NCBI GenBank assembly: GCA_964252035.1
Contig: OZ176201.1
DNA length: 64,000 nt
Strand: one strand, 5' to 3'
Origin: Podarcis erhardii
Taxonomy: Eukaryota
Part shown: piece by piece, positions 48,975-59,200 of the stretch
Position numbering within the stretch: the first letter of the stretch is position 1
How the letters are laid out: every line of letters begins with the position of its first letter
Made by a program: the position numbers and the translations under genes
The notes under the pieces: generated by a model
Seen by the model: only the letters and a program-made list of their open reading frames with translations
What the model was told of the DNA's origin: nothing
The model's database searches: none

Positions 48975-49340
48975 CCGTATTTTTTGCACCATAACACTCA
49001 CCTTTTTCCTCCTAGAAAGTAAGGGGAAATGTCTGTGCGTGTTATGGAGCGAATGCCTGCGGGTGGCGGGGGGGATCTGCTGCAGTCGTGAGCAGAGGAT
49101 CCATGGTTCCCCTTCCTTCCCCTCCTCCATGGTTACAAAGCATGGATCCACATGGATCCTCAGGATTTTTGCATTGGGCTACTCCAAACTCACTGTCAGA
49201 TCACATGTCTGTGGCCACAGCATGAACCACAAAAATCATATATCCACTATTTCGTTTAGAATATTTTTTTCCTTGTTTTCCTCCTCTAAAAACTACGTGC
49301 GTGTTATGGTCTGGTGCGTGTTATAGAGCGAAAAATACGG
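48975..49340 (-). mobile_element. Internally deleted, inverted copy of the 11980-12837 mariner-like MITE
   Basis: TA|CCGTATTTTTTGCACCATAACACTCAC ... GTGCGTGTTATAGAGCGAAAAATACGG; the body shares the GGATCCACATGGAT...TTTTGCATTGGG and TCACATGTCTGTGGCCACAGCATGAA segments. Confidence 0.85.
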
Positions 49341-49513
49341 GAAATACATTAAAACATAAAATTCAGCAATTGACTGAAATACAGCTTAAAATTGGATTAA
49401 AATCAAATAAGATCAGAAGGCAACCGGCAAATTATGACTATAGGGGTTGGGAACCTTAGGTACACACCAGGTTCAGCTATTTATATGAATCGGTGAGAGG
49501 AATTAGAGAGACC

Positions 49514-50215
49514 CAGTGGCGTAGCGTGGGGGGTGCCAGGGGTGCCGGCCGCACCGGGCGCAACTTGGGCAGGGGCGCACTCGCACTAGCAGCTCTCTGC
49601 CCCTACTAAAATCCACTGGTTAGGGAGCCCGCGCTCGCTCGGCTTGGCGAGGAGGTCGCAGAAGGGGGAGAGCAAAGCCTTCTGCCGCTGGCAAAAAAAG
49701 GAGAGGAAGCCGGGCGGGCGGGCGGGCTGGCTGGCTCGCGGGGGTCTGGCTGCGCCTGCTGCTGCCGTTGCCGCTGCTGCCGGGCTTTGACAGCTTGGCG
49801 AAGCGGAGGGAGAGGTAATTGCGTCTCTCTTTCCACTGGCCGCCTGGGTAGTGAGCCGAGCGGAGCAGGGAGTCTGGCGAGGGGGCGGGAAGAGACTTTC
49901 CCCCCTTTTTCCCACCTCGCCTGGTCAAAAAGGAGAGCGGAGTCTCCTCAGGGTGCCCTCAGGCAGGGCAGGGCAAGGCAAGCAGAGCGAGGAGGAGAGA
50001 GAGGGGAAGGGGGGGGGAGCAGCCAGGAAACGACGCGGTGTGGAGGGGGAATCAATTAAGGAGAGAAGCCTCGCTGCTGCTGCTGCTTGGGAGAGTAAAT
50101 TACTGTACTTGCCTTGCCCCGGGTTAGGGGGCGCAAATTATTTGCCTTGCCCCGGGTTGGGGGGCGCAAATTACTTGCCTTGCCCCGGGTGCTGATAACC
50201 CACGCTACGCCGCTG
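49514..50215. mobile_element. Young CpG-rich hAT non-autonomous element (702 bp)
   Basis: TIRs CAGTGGCGTAGCGTGGG / CCCACGCTACGCCGCTG; perfect 8-bp TSD GAGAGACC (49506-49513, 50216-50223); 33-bp subterminal tandem repeat x2.5 (50108-50190). Confidence 0.9.
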
Positions 50216-50746
50216 GAGAGACCTATTATATGTAGGGTCTTGTAGGAGGAGAGGGGTCAGACTGGGCCCTGATAAAAGGCCTGGTGGAACAGCTCTGTCT
50301 TACAGGCCCTGTGGAGAGATGTCAAGTCTTTCGCGGCAGGGTGTTCCACCAGGCTGGGGCCAGGGCCGAAAAGGCCCTGGCTCTGGTTCGAGGCCAGCCT
50401 AGCCTCCTTGAGGCCCAGGTCCTCCCAAGATGTTATTGTTTGCAGACTCTAGGGTCCTCCGTAGGGCATACCAGGTACTCCTGTTGGAAATCTAGTGAAT
50501 CTAGTTACAACCACTTGTGCAATCCCTTATCCAGACTTTCTCCAACCCAGTCTTAATGGTAACCAAGCACTGCCCAGTGGTCTTCCATGCACCTTATGCA
50601 ATGGACAGCATGCAACGTATAGTCCACAGCATGCTTATGCTACCCTTATATTGATTGCTTTTGCTACAACAGACTTCCGCAGCTGCTCTGTTCAGGAGGT
50701 GTAGGATGGGGCAGTGCATTCTGAGGCCTGCTGCTGCCTTTGTCTG

Positions 50747-50885
50747 TGGCCTTGGATGAATCACCTGGGTTACGTTTATCCCTCCCTGCGTCAGGCTTGT
50801 TCGTTTTTTTCCAGAAGGCCTTGGAGTCTGCCAGAGCATTCTGGGAAAGATGAACATCTTGTAAACAGGCAGCCTGTGGCCTTGG
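50747..50885. promoter_or_regulatory. Cluster of NR5A1/SF-1, forkhead and STAT motifs upstream of TGFBR3L
   Basis: TGGCCTTGG (50747-50755), AGGCCTTGG (50816-50824), TGGCCTTGG (50877-50885); GTAAACA (50861-50867); TTCTGGGAA (50839-50847); TGCGTCA (50787-50793). Confidence 0.5.
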
Positions 50886-51053
50886 AGCCACGTGCAGCCC
50901 TCTCTGCCTAATTTCTACCCAGGTGCTTGGCAGGCAGGTAGAAAGAGAGGCCTGTTCCTCCTGCTTTTTGGGTTCTGTCCTGTCCATCTGACAGGATCTC
51001 TTGCAAAGGAGTTGCGGCACTTGACAGGCAATGATACCTTCCCTGCCTGCTGG

Positions 51054-51061
51054 TATAAAAG
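51054..51061 (+). promoter_or_regulatory. TATA box candidate
   Basis: TATAAAAG about 170 bp downstream of the SF-1 cluster; could belong to a solo LTR. Confidence 0.35.
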
Positions 51062-51492
51062 GGCGAGTTACCTCAGGCCTCCTTGTCGCGACTGGAACTC
51101 CTCTGCTTCCCTGTTGCCTCTTCTCTGTCCCCTGGTTAGTGATCCATTAAAGCCAGGACAGATACCCAGAACGTCTCCTTCCTGGCCCTACCTCACTGGG
51201 GTGGTAGGCAGGTCACGCTGACCCAGATTTCAGCACAGCATACCTGCCGGTGCCTCTCAGGAAGTCTCCTCCTCTGCCTGCGTTAATCATAAATCCACCC
51301 CAATCTCCTTGGTAACCCAAGCGGGGGCTTGCCTTGTGTTTCTCACTCTGTGGGACATCCTTCGGGGTGAAGGTCGCTTGCTTGATGGCTCCCTGCTTGG
51401 GGGGGGGAGCCATCTCCCCGCTACGGGGAGGGGGGTGATGAACCTGCCACTCGCACGGTGAGTTCCTGGGATCTGACAAGGGAGGAGAGACA

Positions 51493-51493
<1 letters not shown>

Positions 51494-51530
<37 letters not shown>
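51494..51530. repeat. (CA)n microsatellite
   Basis: Uninterrupted CA run read directly. Confidence 0.9.
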
Positions 51531-51532
<2 letters not shown>

Positions 51533-51844
51533 GAGAGGGAAAGGGAGCGGATGCTTCTTCTTGTAAGTCTCTGCTTTCTTAATACCTTTCCTCCACTGCT
51601 GAATTCCCTTAGAAATAAACAGCTTGCCACATAAACCATGCCCTCCTCCCCTCTCACTTGTAACTTGACCCTCCTTGTGGGCCTAGAGTTATTTTTAACC
51701 TCCCATTGACCCGCATAACTTTTTTATTATTGTTGTTCATTAAACTATGCCAGTCTGGAGATAGGAGGCCTTGAATTGGCTCACGGTTTCTTCATCCCCT
51801 GGATTAAGCGCTGCGAGTCCTCCCACTTGCTTCCTGTCCTTCAG

Positions 51845-51937
51845 TTCAGGTAGCACTTTGTCCCACCTCCTCCTCCTCTATTTTTCTCCTAACCTGCATC
51901 TAGATCCACTGGCAGTGGGAGAGCTCTGCTGGGCAAG
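51845..51937 (+). other. TGFBR3L: Putative TGFBR3L 5' non-coding exon
   Basis: Consensus donor AAG|GTAAGT at 51938 and acceptor CTTCCTGTCCTTCAG at 51844. A second strong donor ACG|GTGAGT at 51458 suggests another upstream non-coding exon. Confidence 0.35.
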
Positions 51938-53134
51938 GTAAGTGTTCCTCTAGCATTCCCTCTCCACGTTCGGGAGCTTGGCTTGCTGGGAGGTGGAACA
52001 CGTCCTGGGAACTTTTAATTACAGCCAGTCTAATCCTGTAACACTGAATCTTGCTGTCTCAATGCATCCTTCTTTTTAAACAGAGCCATAAAGGTGGGAG
52101 GGAAGTTTTTGTGGGAAACTTGAGACAGGAGGGAAGAACGCCTTTTTGACTGACAGAAGTTGGGACCAGAAGGTGAGGGAGAGTAAGTTGCCTTCAGAGA
52201 AAGATTGCAGATCGAGTCTATAGAACTGAGAAGCAAGTGTTGGGCAAAATCCTTCTGGCTAGAGACAGATCATCACAGTGGATAATACTGAGCAAAGTGG
52301 ACCGATGATCTGGATTAGGCTCACACATCTTCCCATTTTCAAGGAGTAGAAGCCATTAGATAGTAAACAATTTGGAAGCAGGGTAAGCTCTGGGGTCCCC
52401 AATGTGTCACTCATGATCATCATAGTGCCCTCCTCTTGGTGCCAGCCAAGATCCCCTGATCCCATTTTTTTTTTTAAAGAAATTGAGGCTTTTTGTGATG
52501 AGGAGAGTGGGGTTTTTTTGCGGGGGAGACATTGCCTGCTTTTTGTGTCACTTTTATTTCTTTTGAGTGGGTAGGTGTTTAGTCTGGTTTCTGGGGATGA
52601 GGGAGGGGTGTCTGAGCATCACCCATTTTTCTTCAGTGAAATGGGTATTCTTAGATTTCTGACTATTTGCTCAGATTGAAAAGGTTGGAGACCCTGGCTA
52701 TATGCTATACCCTTTCACTTTGTGGTGTTAATTGGAAGGGTGGCCACCGCCTTCCCCTCTGCTTACAATTGCAGAAGCACCCACTGCACCAAAATGAAGT
52801 CCTTCCACCACCCCATCCTGCTATGATTGCGCATATGACAGGATAGTTGAAGGAATGTATAATCCGTATTAAGGGACACTGAGTATGGTCTGTATGCTTG
52901 TTTCTGTAGCAGATAGATCAGGAACGGAGAGAGGAAATGTTGAAGTTCTGTCCCAAAATCCGAACCACAAATTGACTGGTATGAGGTCTTGAGGGCTGGA
53001 AAGTGTTTCCAAGTAGCTCAGAGGTCGTGCAACGGCATTCCCTTCAACTCCTGTGCTTTCTTGCCCTGGCTTTGCTTTCTTTCCTAGGGTGGAACAAGAG
53101 GGAAATCACAGCTTTTCTTTGGGTTCTGAACACC

Positions 53135-53219
53135 ATGCATAGAAACTGCCTGCATATCGATCACCTATGGAGACAGTACCTCCTCCTGCTGCTTGTCGTC
53201 TGGGGGTGCTCTGGGACAG
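53135..53219 (+). CDS. TGFBR3L: TGFBR3L coding exon 1, signal peptide (exon starts 53088)
   Basis: CACCATGC Kozak context; MHRNCLHIDHLWRQYLLLLLVVWGCSGT; donor CAG|GTAAAG, phase 1. Confidence 0.75.
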
Positions 53220-56200
53220 GTAAAGTCTAAAAGAGTGGCTATTGTAAACATTTAAATGGGCTGCACAGTAATTATCCACACCAAAGGTGTAAAACATTTT
53301 GCTAAAACAAAACAAAACAAAAACATTATTGTAGGGGAGCTGTCCAGGATACATTGCTGTATGTATCCTGAAGTGTACATGTAAAAAAGAAATTAGCAGT
53401 CTTAAAATACATTTTTCTTTGCAACCTTGAATGTAGAGCAGGTCTTTCAACTTTGCTAAATAGACATGTGTGCGCTCACACAGAGCCATTTGGACTTGTC
53501 AAATTTTCTTCCCTTGCAGCAGAATAGGTAGATGAAGTTGTCAGAGTATAAATGTATTCAATGGGGTTTTATACTAGGGGTTTGAGGGACGTGGGTGGTG
53601 CTGTGGTCTAAACCACTGAGCCTCTTGAGCTTGCCGATCACAAGATTGGCAGTTCAAATTCACACAATGGGGTGAGCTCCCATTGCTCTGTTCCGGCTCC
53701 TGTCAACCTAGCAGTTCGAAAGCATGCCAGTGCAAGTAGATAAATAGGTACTGGTGCGGCGGGAAGGTAAACGGTGTTTCCATGTGCTCTGGTTTCTGTC
53801 ACAGTGTTCCATTGTGCCAGAAACAGTTTAGTCATGCTGGTCACATGACACAGAAAAGCTGTCTGCGGACAAATGCCAGTTCCCTCAGCCTGAAAGCAGA
53901 GATGAGCGCTGCACCCCAAAGTCAAATTCGACTGGATTTAACCATTCATGGGTCCTTTACCTTTACCTTACTAGGGGTTTCCCAATTCTGCATGATGCTT
54001 CTGATGCCCTTTGTCCTGCTTCTCTTTATTGGATGTACCTTCAGTGAGCAGCTTGGATTTACAGAGTGTCCTTCATTCTGTACCTGCTTATTTTTCACAG
54101 GATGCAATTTCAGTTCCTTGATAACCAAGTACACACAGCTAAGGGCACTTTTAATCTCCAGCTCGGCACTCAGTATTTGTTTTTGACATTGATTACCATA
54201 GGGCAGGTAGATGCTGCCTGTGGGTTGTTTATAGCACAGAGGCTGTTAAGCTATCTGCTGAATTCATAGCCAGCCGACCATGGTAGCTTCCTATAAAGAG
54301 AAGAGCCCAGGCTTCCAAAGTTGACCAGGAGTCATAGTTTCTGTTCTGAATGGTGAGGGGAAGGCACTCTGCACTTGCTGTAAGGTACTTCTGCTATTTC
54401 TTCACATTCCCAAATTGGGGGGAAAACATCCACGTTGAACACTCCTGCAGCTGTACTTTGGTATCTGGTACAGCTCTCTGTGGGACGTGGGTGGCGCTGT
54501 GGGTTAAACCACAGAGCCTAGGACTTACCGATCTGAAGGTTGGCAGTTCAAATCCCTGCAACGGGGTGGCTCCCGTTGCTCGGTTCCTGCTCCTGCCAAC
54601 CTAGCAGTTCGAAAGCACGTCAAAGTGCAAGTAGATAAATAGGTACCGCTCTGGCGGGAAGGTAAATTGCGTTTCCATGCGCTGCTCTGGTTCGCCAGAA
54701 GCGGCTTAGTCATGCTGGCCACATGACCCAGAAGCTGTATGCCGGCTCCCTTGGCCAATAAAGCGAGATGAGAGCCGCAACCCCAGAGTCCGCCACGACT
54801 GGACCTAATGGTCAGGGGTCCCTTTACCTTTACCTTTACAGCTCTCTATTCCTTTCTCATGGTGCCAGAGCATATTCTTTCACATGGAATGTTAAGGCAG
54901 ATTGAGTTGGTAGAATCCTCATGTGCTAAATGGAATTGTACCATTTCAGGCTGCAGATGGTGTGTGTGTGTGTGTCTTTTTTAAACCCCTCCCCCCTAAA
55001 GCTGTCTATGTGTAAAATTCCAGTACACTGAGGAGAAAGAATTAGCTCCCTGGGGCAACTTAATAACTCTGCCCGGAAGCATAGGCAGAAACGAGAGAGC
55101 CCAGGCCAGGCAGCTCCTGAGATCGCCCTGAGAATATTCGGTAGCTTTTGTTCCTTCCAGTATTTTAAATTGAAAATTGCCTTGGTAGAAAGGCAACAAA
55201 CCAGCCCAGCCTGCTCCCTACTGTGTTAGCTTTCCTATTACAAGGAACTTTTTACATTGTAGTCTCAGAATAGTATATAGTCTGGTCTGCCACCACATTC
55301 TCACCCAGTCTTATTGTTGTGTATGTAATGTGTAGCCACCGTGCAGGGCTAGCAGCTTCCCTGTAATTATTTAATTCGTAAAATGAATGGTCAGTGGTTA
55401 GAGCACCTGCTTTGCATGAAGTAGGTCCCAGCTTCATTTCCCAGCATCTTCAGGTAGGACTGAGGTTATCCCTAGAGAACTGCAGCCGGTCAGTGCAAAA
55501 GACAATACTCTCATCTTCATAATGAAAACAGACTTTAAATAATAATTCTCTTTAATAGGGTTGAGTGCCAAACATGACCACTGAAAAACAAGAGGAGTGC
55601 CATCAACATGCCCAGGAGAAATGGGGGGGGATGGAACTAAGAGGGAGGAACCCCCCCCAAAAAAACACCACTTTCCCACCCAGCAAAGGCTCTCCATGCT
55701 GAGTATCCTTTGGAAAAGGAATTTAAAGGGAAGGAGGAGACTGAGCCCCTTACAGTTTAAAGTATCTTGGTGGAGGGAAAGGATAGCTGACTGAAAAAGA
55801 AACACTTTTTTCCCTTGTACAACTTGTACAATCTAAAAATAAGCCAGTAAGCCATTGTTAGGAGCAATTCACAGTGACCCTCCCCCCTCAGTGTGGGGAC
55901 CATGAAATGCACACCAATCCATTTCTGTCCCATCATACCAGTTCCCCCAGAGTTTCCTTGTTTTATTTTTCCCTCCATCATCCTCAGTCATTGGCCAGAT
56001 ATTCCATATTTTTTGTTTCTCAGACACAGAATGAATTATGCAAAAAAGAAAAGAAAAAAAAGTTAAGCTGGTGTATCATTTTGAGCTCAGGCACCTGAGC
56101 ACTTTGTGTTTTGGGAGAAAGGGGATGCCAAATGTACAGAGTTTTGGAAACTACTTTTCTGAAACCCCGTTTCTTCCAGCATTGCTCTTCTCCTTCCCCT

Positions 56201-59200
56201 GCAGCCGCCAGGCACCATCTTGCTTGCCTCCCCATGTCTGCCTCTACCCCACATCCCGTCCTCGGCTTCTGGGAATCACTGCGAAAAGGCACCGGATGCA
56301 CCAGCCGGGGCCGCTCTACCCTGGGACAAGAAGTCCATGTCATCAGCCTGAAGAAGGGATTGCCGGCAAATGGCCAGGTATGAGAGATCCCCATCCATAC
56401 CACCTTCCCATGTATGAGGCTGTATGATGGGTCTTGCTACAGCTCCATTGGATACCCAAACAAGATGGCCGCTCAGCTTGGCACTACAGTTCAAGGTGTC
56501 TCAGTCAGTCAAAAAGGCAAAACTCCATTTCAGTCACTTCTTCACAGTTGTCAGGGCCTCTCTTAAGTCACAGAAGCGTTAGGTTAGCCAAGTTGTGAGA
56601 AGCAAAGAGGAACACTCTTGCGCAGGGCCTGCTTAGTGCTGGGGGTGGGAACATGCCTCACCTGCTGAACATCCAAGGCGGCCGCCTTTGGTGGTATATC
56701 CTACCTTCTCTGGTTCTTTTCCAATCCCTTCTCCATTTCGCTCTTTGATCATGCATGGAGAAGGTACCTGTCCCCTTGATCCTCTTTCAGGTAACTCTGA
56801 TAACTCTGGACCCAGATCCCCACGACAGAGGCCCCATCTTTGTGCTGTATTCCCAAAAGCCTGTGCGCTGGGTGTTGCTGTCTCCCCCTGGAAAAAACTG
56901 GACCTTCCAGGTGAGATGGGATAGAGGGCCAAAGGGCCTAGAGAACATCATGGGGATCACTGAGGGGGTCGTTGGAGCCCCTGCTCTACGCAAGCATAGA
57001 AGATGAGTGGCAGCAATGGGAAGGGTGGATGGAAAAGCTAATTTGCTACCTCCACAGCACTTTTACAAAATACTTTCAGATCTAGCTCTGTTTGTCTTCA
57101 GAAGCATCTTGTGTAGTAAGTTCCTATTCTTCCCATTTTACAGATGGGGGAAATTGAGGCTATGGGAGGCTTGCCTAAGGCCACCCAGTGAATCTGTGGC
57201 TGAAGTGGAATTTAAACCCAGATCTCCCAGATTAAAGTGCAGAACTGTTCTAGTTTAATGCCCTCCCCAGCGTGGGGTGTCAGAGAGGGGGGAGGTTCTC
57301 CAGGCTAGTATATTTTACCTTTGCCTTCCTCCTATCTACAGGTCTCCCCTGGCTCTAATGTTTCAGCCCCGGGGCCAGTGGCCTCTGCTGAGACCAACTT
57401 ACCAAAGACGCCCAAACGCCTGCTGAAGTGGGCACGGAGGGAGCACGGAGGGGTCACCTCTCTGGCTGAATACCGTGGAGTCAACAGAATCTACACACGC
57501 CTGGGGGCTGGCATGGGCAATGAGGGTAGATATCGGCTCTGAGGGAAAGGGTGGCATTATGGCTGTGTGTCCTACAATTCCCCATCCCTGACCACTGGCC
57601 ACCCTGGCTGGGGCTGATTGGAGTTGCAGTCCAGCAACATATGGAGAGACACAGGTTCCCCATTTTCGCTACTGCAGTGTGATAAGCAGGAGGAGGGCAG
57701 GCAGCTGGTCTTTTGGGTCCTGGGCTAATGCAGTAACTTTGCAGAAGTTGTGCAGGTCTGGGTCTGGTCAGTGCTTGGAAGGGAGACCATCCAGGAAGGA
57801 AAGATCTGTGCACTGCAATCATAGAGGGAAGATGGAATATATACACAGCACAGATAAATAAGACTCACCAGTATCAACTGGAGAGCAGTTGCCAAAGAGT
57901 TTGCATTGCTTGCAAAAGAAGAAGAGTAAATCGCAGCAGCTCTTCTGTGACCATTCAGTCCAGATGCTTCATTCCTTTCCTTCTCCAGATAGGATTGCCC
58001 CAGCCACTTGCAGATTAAGTAGGAATTTCCTGACCCCAGTGCACTTTGCCTCCAAGTGCCAACTCCAGCCTCTGAGAGTTTGCCTGCATCCTGACCCTCC
58101 GCAAGTCCTTGAAGTTCACATCATCCTCTCCAAAGGAGTTGCACCAAGGTGCGTGCCAGGGAGGCATCGCCAGATGCGGCTGCTGAACCGGGGGGGGGGG
58201 GGAGCAGGGGGTTGGCAAAATGTTCATAACGAGATGCCGTGTCTTGAACAGGGAGGTTGAAATTGTTCTTAGTGTAGATGGGGAAGGGGGATGGTGAGGA
58301 AGAATGAAACCTATGCAAGAAGCTGTCTATGATAAGTGACCCTTGTGTTGAAATGGATAAGATGTAATAAACAGGAACATGGAAGCTGGTTCATCTAGCC
58401 TGGTACTGCTGACACAGACTGGCAGCAGATCTCCCATGTCTTTCTCAGCTCTGTCTGGAGATGATGGGGATCGAATCTCTGACCTTCTGCATGCAGAGCA
58501 GTTGCCCTGCCACTTAGCTACGGCACTTCCCCCGAAAGTCAAGGCCAGATGGACACTGAGCCAAAAACGAGTAGCGACAGTGGCTAGTATTAGGCCTTGA
58601 ATATTGGGCAGGGATCTCTGAGTTGGGGGACGGGTGGCGTGGGGCTTCACTGGCTTCCATCATGTGCTTAATCCTGTTGTGGGGGGGCAGCCTGCTCTCT
58701 TCTAGGCCCACCCTGGCTCATTTGACCGTGGAACTTCATGCTGTCCGAAGGCCCCCCCACTGGGGACTGATCTTGATACTGAAGAGTGAGGGAGCTGCTG
58801 AGTGGATGGTTCACACCCACCGCCTCACTGGCCGGCTGCATGTACTGGTAGGGGCAGGACCTGCTCTGGGTATAGATCTGTAACGCTCTAGGCCAGCTAA
58901 TACTCTTCTCTCTCTCTCCCCCTCCCCAAGTTGGTGGCAGTGGCACACATCTGGAAGGGAGCAGGGCACACATGTGCTCAAAGCCAGACACAGTGGTACT
59001 TCAGGTTACAGACGCTTCAGGTTACAGACTCTTCAGGTTCCAGACTCCGCTAACCCAGAAATAGTACCTCAGGTTAAGAACTTTGCTTCAGGATGAGAAC
59101 AGAAATCATGCGATGGCGGCGTGGCGGCAGTGGGAGGCCCCATTAGCTAAAATGGTACCTCAGGTTAAGAACAGTTTCAGGTTAAGAACGGACCTCCGGA

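Larger units (their letters stand above)
48910..50480 (-). mobile_element. L2-type LINE 3' fragment interrupted by two DNA transposons
   Basis: ATAATAATTATTATTTATATCCCACC...AGGGCGGCT tail at ~48910-48972, resuming at 49341-49513 and 50224-50480 (GTTCCACCAGGCTGGGGCCAGGGCCGAAAAGGCCCTGGC). Confidence 0.55.

Noticed and set aside
49586-50195. GC-rich ORFs and 33-bp direct repeats (CRISPR-like or 11-aa peptide repeat)
   Set aside because: All lie inside a TIR/TSD-bounded hAT element; the repeats have no spacers, and this is vertebrate DNA.
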